A DNA stretch of 48,138 bases, from positions 1 through 48,138 of the forward strand of contig DASZZX010000032.1 in the NCBI GenBank assembly GCA_036260415.1, written 5' to 3'. Each line of letters starts with the position of its first letter. Position 1 is the first letter of the stretch. Below the pieces are notes generated by a model. It was not told the origin of the DNA. It saw only the letters and a list, made by a program, of their open reading frames with translations, and did no database searches. This DNA comes from Nitriliruptorales bacterium (GTDB lineage: Bacteria > Actinomycetota > Nitriliruptoria > Nitriliruptorales > JAHWKO01). A program made the translations under genes and the position numbers. Positions 1-8,335 of the stretch are shown one piece after another.

Positions 1-844
1 GGTAGGCCTGGGCGATCGGCTCCAGCCCGGGGCCCTGTGCGGCCGCTTCGGCCGCGGCCCGGTAGTCGCCGAGCACAGCGCGCTCCTCCTCCCACTGCGC
101 GCGCAGGCGGCTGGGATCGTGCGTCTCGGGTTGCCCCTCCACCGTGGCGACGTACCGCTCCGCCGTGGCACGCAGTTGCGTGAGGGCGGCCGCCCAACGT
201 TCGGCCTCGGCGGCCAGCATGGCGAACCGCTCGCCCACCTGGTTGGTCCGCTGCTGGATCAGCGCGTACGTCTCGAGCTCGCCGGCGACGGCATCCTCGT
301 CGAGCGTTCCAGGAAGCTCGGGGGCCGGGTCGCTGGCGACTCGTTGCAGCTGCTGGCCGGCATCCGCCAGGAGAGCCTGCTCGTTCTGGCGGTTGGCGGT
401 GAGCTGCTCGTCGCTCTGCTGGGAGACTGTCAGGTGCTCCTGCAGGGTCACCCTGAGCTGCTCCGCGCTGTCCGCGCCTGCGCTCGTCGCGGCCTCCATG
501 GCCGCGTAGCGGGCGGCGAGCTCGGCGCGGAGCCCGGCTGCGGCGGCCGCCATCGCGGCGCGGTGGGCCGCCCGCTGGTCCAGCCACCACACGACGCCGA
601 CCGCTGCCACGACGACGGCGGTCGCGGCGGCCGTGAGCGCGAGGGCTCTGCCCCCGGTGCGTCGCGGCGGCCTCGTCGGGGCCTGCGCGGCGGCGTTCGC
701 GGGTGACTCCTCCTGCTGAGCGTCCGCCAGGGCTTCCCCGGGGGGAGGGGTATCGACCGCGCAGCCGGGAGGGTGGGAGCGCGGCGAGGTGGCGCCTGGC
801 GCATCGCGCAGGCTACCGTCCGGCGGACAGGCTGGGGGACGCAC
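1..844 (-). CDS. partial CDS (C-terminus beyond left edge): single-TM, Ala/Gln/Glu-rich helical hypothetical protein
   Basis: Runs off the left edge, so it is absent from the ORF track. My reverse-strand translation gives one continuous GC3-rich frame: ...PRRTGGRALALTAAATAVVVAAVGVVWWLDQRAAHRAAMAAAAAGLRAELAARYAAMEAATSAGADSAEQLRVTLQEHLTVSQQSDEQLTANRQNEQALLADAGQQLQRVASDPAPELPG...RLRAQWEEERAVLGDYRAAAEAAAQGPGLEPIAQAY. It has one hydrophobic helix followed by a long helical region. Plus-strand ORFs 119..706 and 144..509 are its shadows. The only in-frame start I found is GTG at 844-842, so the start is uncertain. Confidence 0.45.
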   Translation of the reverse strand, partial: MRPPACPPDGSLRDAPGATSPRSHPPGCAVDTPPPGEALADAQQEESPANAAAQAPTRPPRRTGGRALALTAAATAVVVAAVGVVWWLDQRAAHRAAMAAAAAGLRAELAARYAAMEAATSAGADSAEQLRVTLQEHLTVSQQSDEQLTANRQNEQALLADAGQQLQRVASDPAPELPGTLDEDAVAGELETYALIQQRTNQVGERFAMLAAEAERWAAALTQLRATAERYVATVEGQPETHDPSRLRAQWEEERAVLGDYRAAAEAAAQGPGLEPIAQAY

Positions 845-890
845 GACCGGAGAGGGTGGGGTGGAGTCACGGTGGGGGGCCGAGGAAGTC

Positions 891-1346
891 GTGCTGCGGG
901 TGCGGCGATTGGACGAGGAGGTGCCGCTGCCGTCCTACGCCAATCCTGGCGACGCCGGTCTCGACCTGGCGGCTGCGGTGCAGGTGACGATCGGGCCAGG
1001 GGAACGGGTCGCGGTCCCGACCGGCCTGGCGATGGCGGTGCCCGACGGGTGGGTCGCGCTGGTCCATCCGCGCTCGGGCCTGGCGCTGCGCCACGGTCTG
1101 ACTGTCGTCAACGCGCCGGGCACGATCGACGCCGGCTACCGCGGAGAGGTCAAGGTCCTGCTCGTCAACCTGGGTGATGCGCCGGTGACGGTCGCGCGTC
1201 ACGACCGCATCGCTCAACTGGTCCTGCAGCGGGTGGCGCGCGCGGTGGTGATCGAGAGCGATTCCCTGGACAACAGCACGCGCAGCACCGGCGGGTTCGG
1301 GTCCACCGGCGGGTTCGGTTCCACCGGCACGGCGGCCCCCGTGTAG
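891..1346 (+). CDS. dut: dUTP diphosphatase (dUTPase)
   Basis: Frame of track ORF 789..1346. dUTPase motifs seen by eye: ANPGDAGLDL, VHPRSGLA, GTIDAGYRGE, DRIAQLV and a C-terminal GGFGSTG (duplicated). Start trimmed to GTG 891 (GAGGA 4 nt upstream; VLRVRRLDEEVPLPSY looks like the usual N-terminus). The upstream 34 codons are Arg/Gly-rich filler. Confidence 0.9.
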   Translation: MLRVRRLDEEVPLPSYANPGDAGLDLAAAVQVTIGPGERVAVPTGLAMAVPDGWVALVHPRSGLALRHGLTVVNAPGTIDAGYRGEVKVLLVNLGDAPVTVARHDRIAQLVLQRVARAVVIESDSLDNSTRSTGGFGSTGGFGSTGTAAPV

Positions 1347-1374
1347 CGACACAGGCGGGCGGATCGCCGCCCGT

Positions 1375-2199
1375 TCACCGCGACCAGTGGGTGCGAGGCC
1401 GCTCCTGGCGCTCGCCGTCGACATCGAGGTCGACGCGCTCGTTGAAGAAGCACAGGTAGCCGGCGATCGGTTCGGCGTCGTGCAGCGGCGCCTGGTACGA
1501 CCACACCAGGTCGTCGTGTCGTCGGCCGTTCACGTCAGCGTGGTGGTAGGTGGCCTCGCCCTTGTAGGGGCACTCGGTCACGGTGTCGCTGGGCGCCAGC
1601 AGGTCCTGGCGCACGTCCTCTGGGCGTAGGTAGTGGCGTGTGGGCAGCCCCGTCTCGAACAGCAACAGCGGCCGGTGGCTGTCCGCCAGCACCTCCCCGT
1701 CCAGGCTGACCACGACGTGGCGTGAACTCCTGCGGAGGTCGACGCGATGGTAGGGGTCGTTGGGGTGGACGCGGATGCGCTCGTCCTCCTCGTACCACTC
1801 GTCCATCCGCCGGAAGTAGAAGGCGACGAGCCCGGCCAGGGGCGGGGCGCTGGCGATCGGCTCCGGGTAGCTCCACGCCGCGTTCTCGGCCACCCGGTCG
1901 CCGACGCGCACGCTCCAGTAGACGGCGTCACCCTTCGCCGGGCACGTGGTCGATCGGTCGGTCCGTTCGAGGAGGTCCATGCGCACGTCCCCGGTGGGGA
2001 AGTAGTAGACGGGCGTGAGCCCCGACTCGTGCAGCAGCTTGGCGCGGATCGTGTCGGCGACCGTCTCGCCGTTGAACACCACGCGCACGCGACGGGGTGA
2101 GTCCTCGAGGTACAGCACGCGTTCGGGGGCGTGGAGCTCGAAGTTGAAGGTACCGGCGGCCTGGTCGCCGAACGGTCCGGTGCCGATGGTCAGCGTCAC
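1375..2199 (-). CDS. DUF427 domain protein (two tandem DUF427 repeats)
   Basis: Track ORF 1375..2268. It has two copies of the same pattern: VRVVFNGETVADTIRAKLLHESGLTPVYYFPTGDV...CPAKGDAVYW and VVVSLDGEVLADSHRPLLLFETGLPTRHYLRPEDV...CPYKGEATYH. Start set to GTG 2199 (AGGGAG 7 nt upstream). Confidence 0.8.
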   Translation of the reverse strand: MTLTIGTGPFGDQAAGTFNFELHAPERVLYLEDSPRRVRVVFNGETVADTIRAKLLHESGLTPVYYFPTGDVRMDLLERTDRSTTCPAKGDAVYWSVRVGDRVAENAAWSYPEPIASAPPLAGLVAFYFRRMDEWYEEDERIRVHPNDPYHRVDLRRSSRHVVVSLDGEVLADSHRPLLLFETGLPTRHYLRPEDVRQDLLAPSDTVTECPYKGEATYHHADVNGRRHDDLVWSYQAPLHDAEPIAGYLCFFNERVDLDVDGERQERPRTHWSR

Positions 2200-2347
2200 G
2201 TGTCGTCTCCCTGACGTCGTCGGCCGGGCGGGTGAACGCGTCATCGACCGCAGCGTCGCGGTGGCCACCGCCCCGGCAGATCATCTGCGGCAACCCGCCG
2301 ACACGCTGTGGTGTTCCTGACCCGGCGATCGGACCGAGCGACCGGCG

Positions 2348-2893
2348 TCACCCCAGTCCGGGGGCCGGCGGGAGGTCGAGCTCGGTGCCCACGAAGTGGT
2401 TGAAGTAGTTGGTGAGGATCGTCCGGACCGTGTCGGCGAACGCATCCAGAAGCTCCACCTCGCTCCAGCCGGCGTGCAGGGCCCGTTCCCACGTGGCGTC
2501 GTCGACGAACCCCTCGTGGTCGGCGACCTCCCTGACCACTGCGAGCAGCGCGGCCAGGCGGTCGTCCCAGTCGACCCGACCTTCACGGATCGCGACCGTC
2601 TGTTCCTCTGACAGCCCTCGGTTCTTCGCCCCGACCGTGTAGGCGGACTGGCAGTACTCGCAGGCGTTGACCGTGGCGGCGGCAAGGTGGATGGCATCGC
2701 GGGTCGCGGGGTCGAGCGAGGTGTGCTCGGCGATCGCTGCGCTGGCGCTGGCGTAGAGGTCGAGCACGGCCGGGGCGTGTGCCATCTCCCCGTGGATGTT
2801 CAGGACCTGGCCGAACTTCTCCTCCAGCTTCTTGAGGTTGTCCCGACTCGCCTCGGGCGCGTCCTCGACGGTGTGGACCGGAACGCGTGGCAT
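2348..2893 (-). CDS. carboxymuconolactone decarboxylase / AhpD-like peroxidase family protein
   Basis: Track ORF 2348..2911. AhpD-like CxxC motif (NACEYCQSAY) in a helical protein of about 180 aa. Start moved to ATG 2893, because the track start ATGCAGGAGGAGGAAGGG is itself the Shine-Dalgarno sequence for that ATG. Confidence 0.85.
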   Translation of the reverse strand: MPRVPVHTVEDAPEASRDNLKKLEEKFGQVLNIHGEMAHAPAVLDLYASASAAIAEHTSLDPATRDAIHLAAATVNACEYCQSAYTVGAKNRGLSEEQTVAIREGRVDWDDRLAALLAVVREVADHEGFVDDATWERALHAGWSEVELLDAFADTVRTILTNYFNHFVGTELDLPPAPGLG

Positions 2894-3170
2894 CCCTTCC
2901 TCCTCCTGCAATCTCCTGCGGATGTCCGTTCGCCATCCATCGTGCTGCGGGCAGCTACGTCGCGAGGGACCAGTGCCCCGACGAACGTGAACGGCGCGGT
3001 GGAATAGGGACGGATGTCTGCGTCCGAGCGGTCGATGCGTCGGCGGCAGGCGGGGGCGAGGGCCAGGAAGGACGGTCCGGAATCCTGCGACGTTGGGGTC
3101 GCGTCGGCGAGACGCTTGTGGGCTGGTCGGCTGGCGGGTGCCACACCCCCGGTGTAGCCTCGCCGGACGC

Positions 3171-3243
<73 letters not shown>

Positions 3244-3343
3244 CCGATCACCGAACGGGCCGTCTCCGGGCCATCTCCCGGCTTCTCGACCGTTCCCCGT
3301 TCCGTAGCACGTGCCATGCCGAGCCCACGGCTCGCTGTGGACG

Positions 3344-3967
3344 TCAGCCGGTGGCGTCTGCCGGGACCTGGCGGACCCGTCGCTCGATGCGGTCGACCGC
3401 TGCTCCGAGCAGCCGCCGTAGACCATCCATGTCCAGCGTCCGCACCACCGTGTGGAACTCCTCTTCCTCGACGAAGGTGACCTGGTCGACCAACGCTCCG
3501 TAGGCCCCGGCGTCGAACTGCTCCAGCAGCTCGTGCTCGTCGAGGGCGGCGGCCACGTCGTACAGCATGTTCATCGCGTCCAGCAGGTCCCCGGCAGCGT
3601 CCCGGTCCCACCGGTCCGTTCGCCACTCGAGGGAAGCGGCCACGGCTCGGTAGTCGAAGGCGAGTTCCGGCTCGACCGGTCCAGCGTAGGTCCGCGCCCA
3701 CGCGCGGAGGTGCTCGTAGCCTGGCAGTCCAGCGAGGGAACTCGTCGTGTCCCCAGCGACGAAGGCCTGCAGCACCTGGCCGTTTGCGCACAGGACCAGC
3801 TCGCCCTCCACGGTGAGCACGTGGTCACGTCCCTCCGGATCGCCGCCGGAGCCCCACAGGGTCAGCCCGTGACTGTGCAGGAAGGTCAGGCCCACCGGCC
3901 AGAGAGCGGCGCGCTCGAACACGGGGTCGCTGGTGGTCGGACCCTTCAGACCAGGCTCGTCGCTCAC
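3344..3967 (-). CDS. hypothetical acidic cytoplasmic protein (candidate immunity/partner protein)
   Basis: Track ORF of 207 aa in a GC3-rich frame. It is strongly acidic, with no TM segment or signal peptide. It starts 10 nt after the stop of 3978..4526. I recognise no family. Confidence 0.6.
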   Translation of the reverse strand: MSDEPGLKGPTTSDPVFERAALWPVGLTFLHSHGLTLWGSGGDPEGRDHVLTVEGELVLCANGQVLQAFVAGDTTSSLAGLPGYEHLRAWARTYAGPVEPELAFDYRAVAASLEWRTDRWDRDAAGDLLDAMNMLYDVAAALDEHELLEQFDAGAYGALVDQVTFVEEEEFHTVVRTLDMDGLRRLLGAAVDRIERRVRQVPADATG

Positions 3968-3977
3968 GCCATCCTCT

Positions 3978-4526
3978 CTAGCGCTCCCGGCGGAGCAACC
4001 GTTCGAAGAACTTCTTGATCTTGTTGAACTCGCTCCCCGGCCCTCGCGGGTAGTTGCCGGGGCCGTACTTCTCGCTGAGGACCCGTTCAGCAGCCTGGTT
4101 GGGGGTCTCTCCGGGGTTCGGGCGGCTGCCCTTCGCCCAGGAGGGGATGTCGCTGCCGCGTTCCTTCCCGGAGGGACGAGACATCATGAGGATGCTGCCC
4201 GCCGCCGCGGCTGCGGCTGCGGCTGCGGCCAGCGCCTCGGCGACCGCGATCGCGGTGGCTGCCGCGGTGGGGATGGCGACCGACCCGCCGAGCACGACCG
4301 CACCGCCGGCCCCCAGGGACAAGCCGCCGAGTCCCCCCAGGAGTGCGGGCAGCGCGATGATGCCGGCCACGAGCAGGGCGACCGCCGCGAGGACCGCGAG
4401 CGCGGCGGCGAGCGTGAAGAAGCAGTCGCTCAGGGAGCCGCAGTTGTCGGCCTGGGCGGGCCGCGGTGCCAGCAGGGTCCAAACGGCGACCAGCGCCACC
4501 AGCACGACTGCGCGTCGCCGTCTCAT
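3978..4526 (-). CDS. secreted/membrane protein with short basic C-terminal module (polymorphic-toxin-like layout)
   Basis: Frame of track ORF 3978..4901, trimmed to ATG 4526. N-terminus MRRRRAVVLVALVAVWTLLAPRPAQA is a Sec-type signal. About 110 aa of Gly/Ala-rich hydrophobic segments follow, including a run of 9 Ala. The soluble tail is SGKERGSDIPSWAKGSRPNPGETPNQAAERVLSEKYGPGNYPRGPGSEFNKIKKFFERLLRRER. The ATG overlaps the stop of the upstream gene (ATGA). Confidence 0.6.
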   Translation of the reverse strand: MRRRRAVVLVALVAVWTLLAPRPAQADNCGSLSDCFFTLAAALAVLAAVALLVAGIIALPALLGGLGGLSLGAGGAVVLGGSVAIPTAAATAIAVAEALAAAAAAAAAAGSILMMSRPSGKERGSDIPSWAKGSRPNPGETPNQAAERVLSEKYGPGNYPRGPGSEFNKIKKFFERLLRRER

Positions 4527-5710
4527 CCGGCCGCCGCCGCGACGGCGCGCGTCCGGTGCTCCGGTGCGGGCGGTGGGCGTCGAGCCGGCGCGGTCAGCAC
4601 GGTGATGAGGGCGATGCAGACGAGCACGGTCACCCAGGGCACCAGGAAGCTGTCGGTCGTCCAGCCGCCGAAGCGGGTCGAGACCGTGGCCAGCCCGACA
4701 CGCGTCACCGCGAAGGTGACGGCGACGCCGATCCCCAGGCGCACCAGCGACGGGACGGCCGCCACTGCGTGCAGCCGCCCGGACGTGCGGATGGCGTCGC
4801 GCAGGGCCACGAGCGCGTAGCAGACCGCGAAGGTGATCGCCACCTGGACGACGTTGGCGACCAGGCTGACCAGCAGAAGGGTCGCGATCCCGGCCGAGCA
4901 CGCACGTCGCAGCGCCACCGGCAGGCGCATGGTCCCCGCCGAGCGTCGCAGGCGGGCGGTGGCGACGGCGACCGCCCTGAGCACCTGCGGGCCGTCAGCC
5001 CGCCGTTCGACCGCCTGACGCAGCCCGGCCGCGGAGACGGCGACCACGACCAGGACGGGCCAACGCCCCTGCAGTGCGGCGACGGCCTCCACCGAAGGGT
5101 TGCTGCCCTGCAGGGTGAACACCGGCCTGATGAGGACCACCGTGGCCTGCGCCCAGAGGTAGGTGCCCGCAGCCGCGGCGCCGAGGGTGGCCACGGTGTC
5201 GCCCATACGGCCGCCCCAGCGCGACCAGCCGATCGACCGGACCTCCAGACGCGTGGCCAGGACGAGCAGGGGAACACCGACCACCAGCAGTCCCAGGACG
5301 ACCGCGTGGGTCAGGGTCGCCAGCGGCAGCCCCATCCACCGCTCGACCGGGCTGAGGACCACCATCGCCTGGCCCCGTGTGGCCGACTCGACCAACGTGT
5401 AGCCCGCCCAGGCCCATACACCCAGGTGCAACGACGACAGCGCGACCGCGGCGAGCACGCCGATGACCGCCAGCGAGGACGTGACCGAAGGCTGGCCATG
5501 GAGCAGCGCCAGCCCACCCGCGCCCACCATGACGGCGGGCGGCGCCACGGCTGCGAGCTGCGGCCAGTGCAGGAGGTGGATCCCGTCGGTCAGCGCGTTC
5601 CCCAGGTCAGGGGCAGGGCGGCTGACCCAAGCCGGCAGCCAGTACCACCACCATCCCGCGAGGAGGGGGGCCGTCCGCGCCGCGCCGAGCTCAGGTCCCC
5701 CCACGCTCAC
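4523..5710 (-). CDS. polytopic integral membrane protein, unknown function
   Basis: Track ORF of 395 aa with about 10 hydrophobic helices and a GC3-rich frame. Its stop is coupled to the downstream ATG (ATGA at 4523-4526). An alternative start is GTG 5704 (GGAGG 5 nt upstream). Confidence 0.65.
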   Translation of the reverse strand: MSVGGPELGAARTAPLLAGWWWYWLPAWVSRPAPDLGNALTDGIHLLHWPQLAAVAPPAVMVGAGGLALLHGQPSVTSSLAVIGVLAAVALSSLHLGVWAWAGYTLVESATRGQAMVVLSPVERWMGLPLATLTHAVVLGLLVVGVPLLVLATRLEVRSIGWSRWGGRMGDTVATLGAAAAGTYLWAQATVVLIRPVFTLQGSNPSVEAVAALQGRWPVLVVVAVSAAGLRQAVERRADGPQVLRAVAVATARLRRSAGTMRLPVALRRACSAGIATLLLVSLVANVVQVAITFAVCYALVALRDAIRTSGRLHAVAAVPSLVRLGIGVAVTFAVTRVGLATVSTRFGGWTTDSFLVPWVTVLVCIALITVLTAPARRPPPAPEHRTRAVAAAAG

Positions 5711-6521
5711 CTCCGTCAGGTCGGGGCCCGCGCCCCCCTCCCTCCAGAAGCACCTTCGCCGACCAGCCCAGCGCTGCCCCGTAGGCCAGATGGCCGAGCA
5801 TGGAGACGCTCACGAACTCCCGTCCGGCTCGGACGTCCAGCCAGCCTGGATAGAAGGCGAGGAGGAGCGCCTCCAGGACCAGCGCCCACGCGATCCCAGC
5901 GAAGAGTCCTCGGCTCCCGGCCACCAGGGCGTAGGCGAAGCCGAAGCCGATCCCGTTGGCAACGTGGTAGGCGACACCGAGCGCATCGGTGAGGACCGAG
6001 CCCGAGGAGGCGCCGACGAGCACCTGACCGAACAGCGGCACCGCCTCGAAGGGCCGCACCGGCACGGCGGTGACCTGGACCACCAGGAGGCGGGTGACGT
6101 CGTAGACGACGGTGGCCAGCAGTCCAGCCCGGACGCCCGCCCAGGCTCGACGCCGGACGGCCTGGCGTGCTGGCGAGGACAGCCGGCGCCGGACAACGGT
6201 GGTCGCGGACCCTGCCAGCGCAACGGTCGCGACCACGCCGAGCACGGGGGACCGTCCGGTGAGGAAGAACACGAGCAGGCCTGCCCCCGTCGCCAGCCCG
6301 AGCAGAGCGACCGATGCCCCTGCCACCAGGGGAAGCGGCTGGCGGACCGGCGCGTCCTGCTGCGCGGGATCACCCCACGGTGTCATGCTCGTCGGATCGA
6401 TGAGCGCCGACGCGTCAGCAGCGTCCCACGCAGCCCGGGGCCGATCTGAGGGCGGCGCACGTGTCAGGGAGGGCTCAGCCTCGTGGAGCGGCGGAGGCGG
6501 ACGCGACCCGGGCGCTGGCAC
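5691..6521 (-). CDS. integral membrane protein, unknown function
   Basis: Track ORF of 276 aa. It has a Pro-rich N-terminus and then about 6 hydrophobic helices. It overlaps the downstream gene by 20 nt. An alternative start is ATG 6386 (MTPWGDPAQQ). Confidence 0.6.
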   Translation of the reverse strand: MPAPGSRPPPPLHEAEPSLTRAPPSDRPRAAWDAADASALIDPTSMTPWGDPAQQDAPVRQPLPLVAGASVALLGLATGAGLLVFFLTGRSPVLGVVATVALAGSATTVVRRRLSSPARQAVRRRAWAGVRAGLLATVVYDVTRLLVVQVTAVPVRPFEAVPLFGQVLVGASSGSVLTDALGVAYHVANGIGFGFAYALVAGSRGLFAGIAWALVLEALLLAFYPGWLDVRAGREFVSVSMLGHLAYGAALGWSAKVLLEGGGRGPRPDGGERGGT

Positions 6522-6623
6522 GAGCCCAGACTAAGCACGCAAATCAGGCCTCCGCAATCCTTCCAGGCGTGTCGTGCCGGTGCTCGACCAGCACCTCGAG
6601 GTGTGGGATGCTCGCGATCGCGG

Positions 6624-6857
6624 TCACTCCTGCGACGACCCCTGCGCGAGAAGTGCTCCGTCGTCGGGACAGACCACGGCGAGAGCCGGCAACTTCTGAC
6701 CGCACGTGGGACAGACCATGACGTCAGGGTGAGCCGCGTGCGTGGTCTCGGACGTGACAGCCTCGGTGTCGATGTGACGACTGCGGATGATCGGCCCTGG
6801 CCGGGACGTCGTGTTGTCGAAGACGTGATCCGCCTGCTCGACATCCCACCGACTCAT
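6624..6857 (-). CDS. small zinc-ribbon protein (CPxCG...CPxDG)
   Basis: Track ORF of 77 aa with acceptable GC3. The C-terminal VCPTCGQKLPALAVVCPDDGALL is a 4-Cys zinc-ribbon pattern. A lower-GC spacer of about 100 nt separates it from the next gene. Confidence 0.45.
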   Translation of the reverse strand: MSRWDVEQADHVFDNTTSRPGPIIRSRHIDTEAVTSETTHAAHPDVMVCPTCGQKLPALAVVCPDDGALLAQGSSQE

Positions 6858-7223
6858 GTCGACCTCCTGCCCATGGCCATCATGCCCGACCAGCTGTGGT
6901 CCTGCTCCTCGACGACCCTGCCGTCAGCGGCGACGTGCCCGTGAAGCTCACGACGGGTGTGCGCTGGCACTGGCGCGACCGCTCGCCGACCGTCGGGCCA
7001 TCGCGCACGCCCTCCAGCTGAGCTTGCCCACCCACTTCGGCCCGCTCGCACGCGAGGGCGGCAAGGGACCCGAGTTGCCTCCCCAGATCCGCAGCTGCGA
7101 CGGCGACGCCAGCTCGCTGGCGGGGGTGGAACGGCGCTGACTCCGCGGCGCGATCCGGCCACGGGCCTGGCGTTCGTCCACATGGAGTGGCCATGCGCTC
7201 ACGTCGGAGACGACGAACCGGTC

Positions 7224-7597
7224 ATGACCCACCCTGACGAGCACGTCGTGCGGCCGCCTGTTCGCGGCCATCAAGGATCGTGATCTCGACCTTGGAGGAC
7301 CAGTTCGCGCCCGACGCGGTCTGGCACGGCGCAGGCGCGCACGTTGCGGGTCGCGAGGCGATCGTGGCGTTGGTGCGCCAACTCGTCCACGCATCCGGTG
7401 GCACGCTCGAGATCGAGTTGCACGACGTCCTCGCGAACGACCGCCACACGGTGGCCCTGCAGGTCACGCGTGCGGAGAGGCATGGTCGCCGGCTCGAGGA
7501 CAGGGTCGTCGACGTCTACCACGTGCGGGACGGCAAGATCACGGATGCCTGGTTCAGCGGCGATCCTCGCATCCAAGACGACTTCTGGTCGTCATGA
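7224..7597 (+). pseudogene. SnoaL-like / NTF2-fold protein, apparently disrupted by two +1 frameshifts near the 5' end
   Basis: Three consecutive frames read together give a normal SnoaL-like N-terminus. They are MTHPDEHVVR (frame of ATG 7224), RLFAAIKDRDLD (next frame, about 7255-7290), and (I)STLEDQFAPDAVWHGAG...DVYHVRDGKITDAWFSGD (track ORF 7280..7597). The intact track ORF alone (105 aa, GTG start) lacks the first helix. Confidence 0.55.
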
Positions 7598-7652
7598 GAA
7601 CCGCCCTCCGGTCGTTCGCGTTGACGGCGGGGGGGATGGAGGTAGCAGCCCG

Positions 7653-8273
7653 TCAGGTGTCCTTCTGCTTCATGATCACGTCGATCGACAAGGCTGCTGC
7701 AAGCGCGAGACTGCGAAGAGGTTGGGTGGAGCCGCCGAGGTCCACGACGTACGTGTCGGCGTCGGTGAGCGCCTCGGCGACCAGGCCTCGCCACTTCTTC
7801 GTGACTTCGGCGACCTTCTGGCCGGAGCCGTCGAGGACGGTGAAGTGCCTCGCGCGCCAGTTCTCCGCGCGCACCTCGCCCAGTCGCATGCCGTCCGGAC
7901 CGTCGAGGGTGAAGCGGGCCTTGCCCACGCGTGCCTGCTTGGCGATCGTGCCCAGGACCGTCCCGTCCGAGCGGCTCACCACGACCTTCCAGCGGAACCA
8001 CGGCTTGTGCAGCCGCAGGACGGGCTGGCCGCTCTGGTCCTCCACGGCCAACGTTGTGGGCAGCATGACGTCGAGATCGCTGAACAGCCGGGTCAAGAAC
8101 TGCAACGGGCTCTGCTCGACCTGCTCGATCGCCCCGATGCGCTGACCGGCGGTGTCGAACAGGCCGTACTGGTTGCGCAGCTCGAAGAGCTTCCGCACCT
8201 GCTCGACCACGATCGCGTCGTGGTCCAGCAACCCCGGCTCCGCCACGACTGCTCCGTCCACGTGCGTGGTCAC
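7653..8273 (-). CDS. phospholipid scramblase family (LURP-one-like) protein
   Basis: Track ORF of 206 aa. It matches my memory of bacterial scramblase-family proteins along the whole length (VVEQVRKLFEL...YGLFD..GQ.IG...QV.QS...RAENWRA..F.V.D..G..VA.V.K.W.GL......AD.Y.......L..L..AA.LS.D...KQ). Confidence 0.85.
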   Translation of the reverse strand: MTTHVDGAVVAEPGLLDHDAIVVEQVRKLFELRNQYGLFDTAGQRIGAIEQVEQSPLQFLTRLFSDLDVMLPTTLAVEDQSGQPVLRLHKPWFRWKVVVSRSDGTVLGTIAKQARVGKARFTLDGPDGMRLGEVRAENWRARHFTVLDGSGQKVAEVTKKWRGLVAEALTDADTYVVDLGGSTQPLRSLALAAALSIDVIMKQKDT

Positions 8274-8335
8274 TGCTGGAACCTACCGCTCGCAGGCGGA
8301 TGTCCCTGTACGGTCTCGGTGGTCCCGATCGAGAA

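Noticed and set aside
119-706. Plus-strand ORFs 119..706 and 144..509 at the left edge.
   Set aside because: They are shadows of the minus-strand partial gene (1..844). That gene has a far more protein-like translation, with a TM helix and a helical domain, and consistent GC3.
3155-3160. TAGCCT as a -10 promoter element for the tRNA-Gly gene.
   Set aside because: Only the -10-like hexamer is present, about 10 nt from the mature 5' end. There is no matching -35 at proper spacing. This is too weak to report as a feature.
6858-7223. Possible gene between the zinc-ribbon ORF and the SnoaL-like gene (track ORFs 6854..7183, 6880..7194 and 6948..7394 on minus; 6856..7140 and 6957..7283 on plus).
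   Set aside because: Coding-like bias appears piecewise in several mutually antisense frames. No translation gives a recognisable family or a coherent protein, and I cannot decide strand or frame. It is left unannotated and may be a decayed gene.
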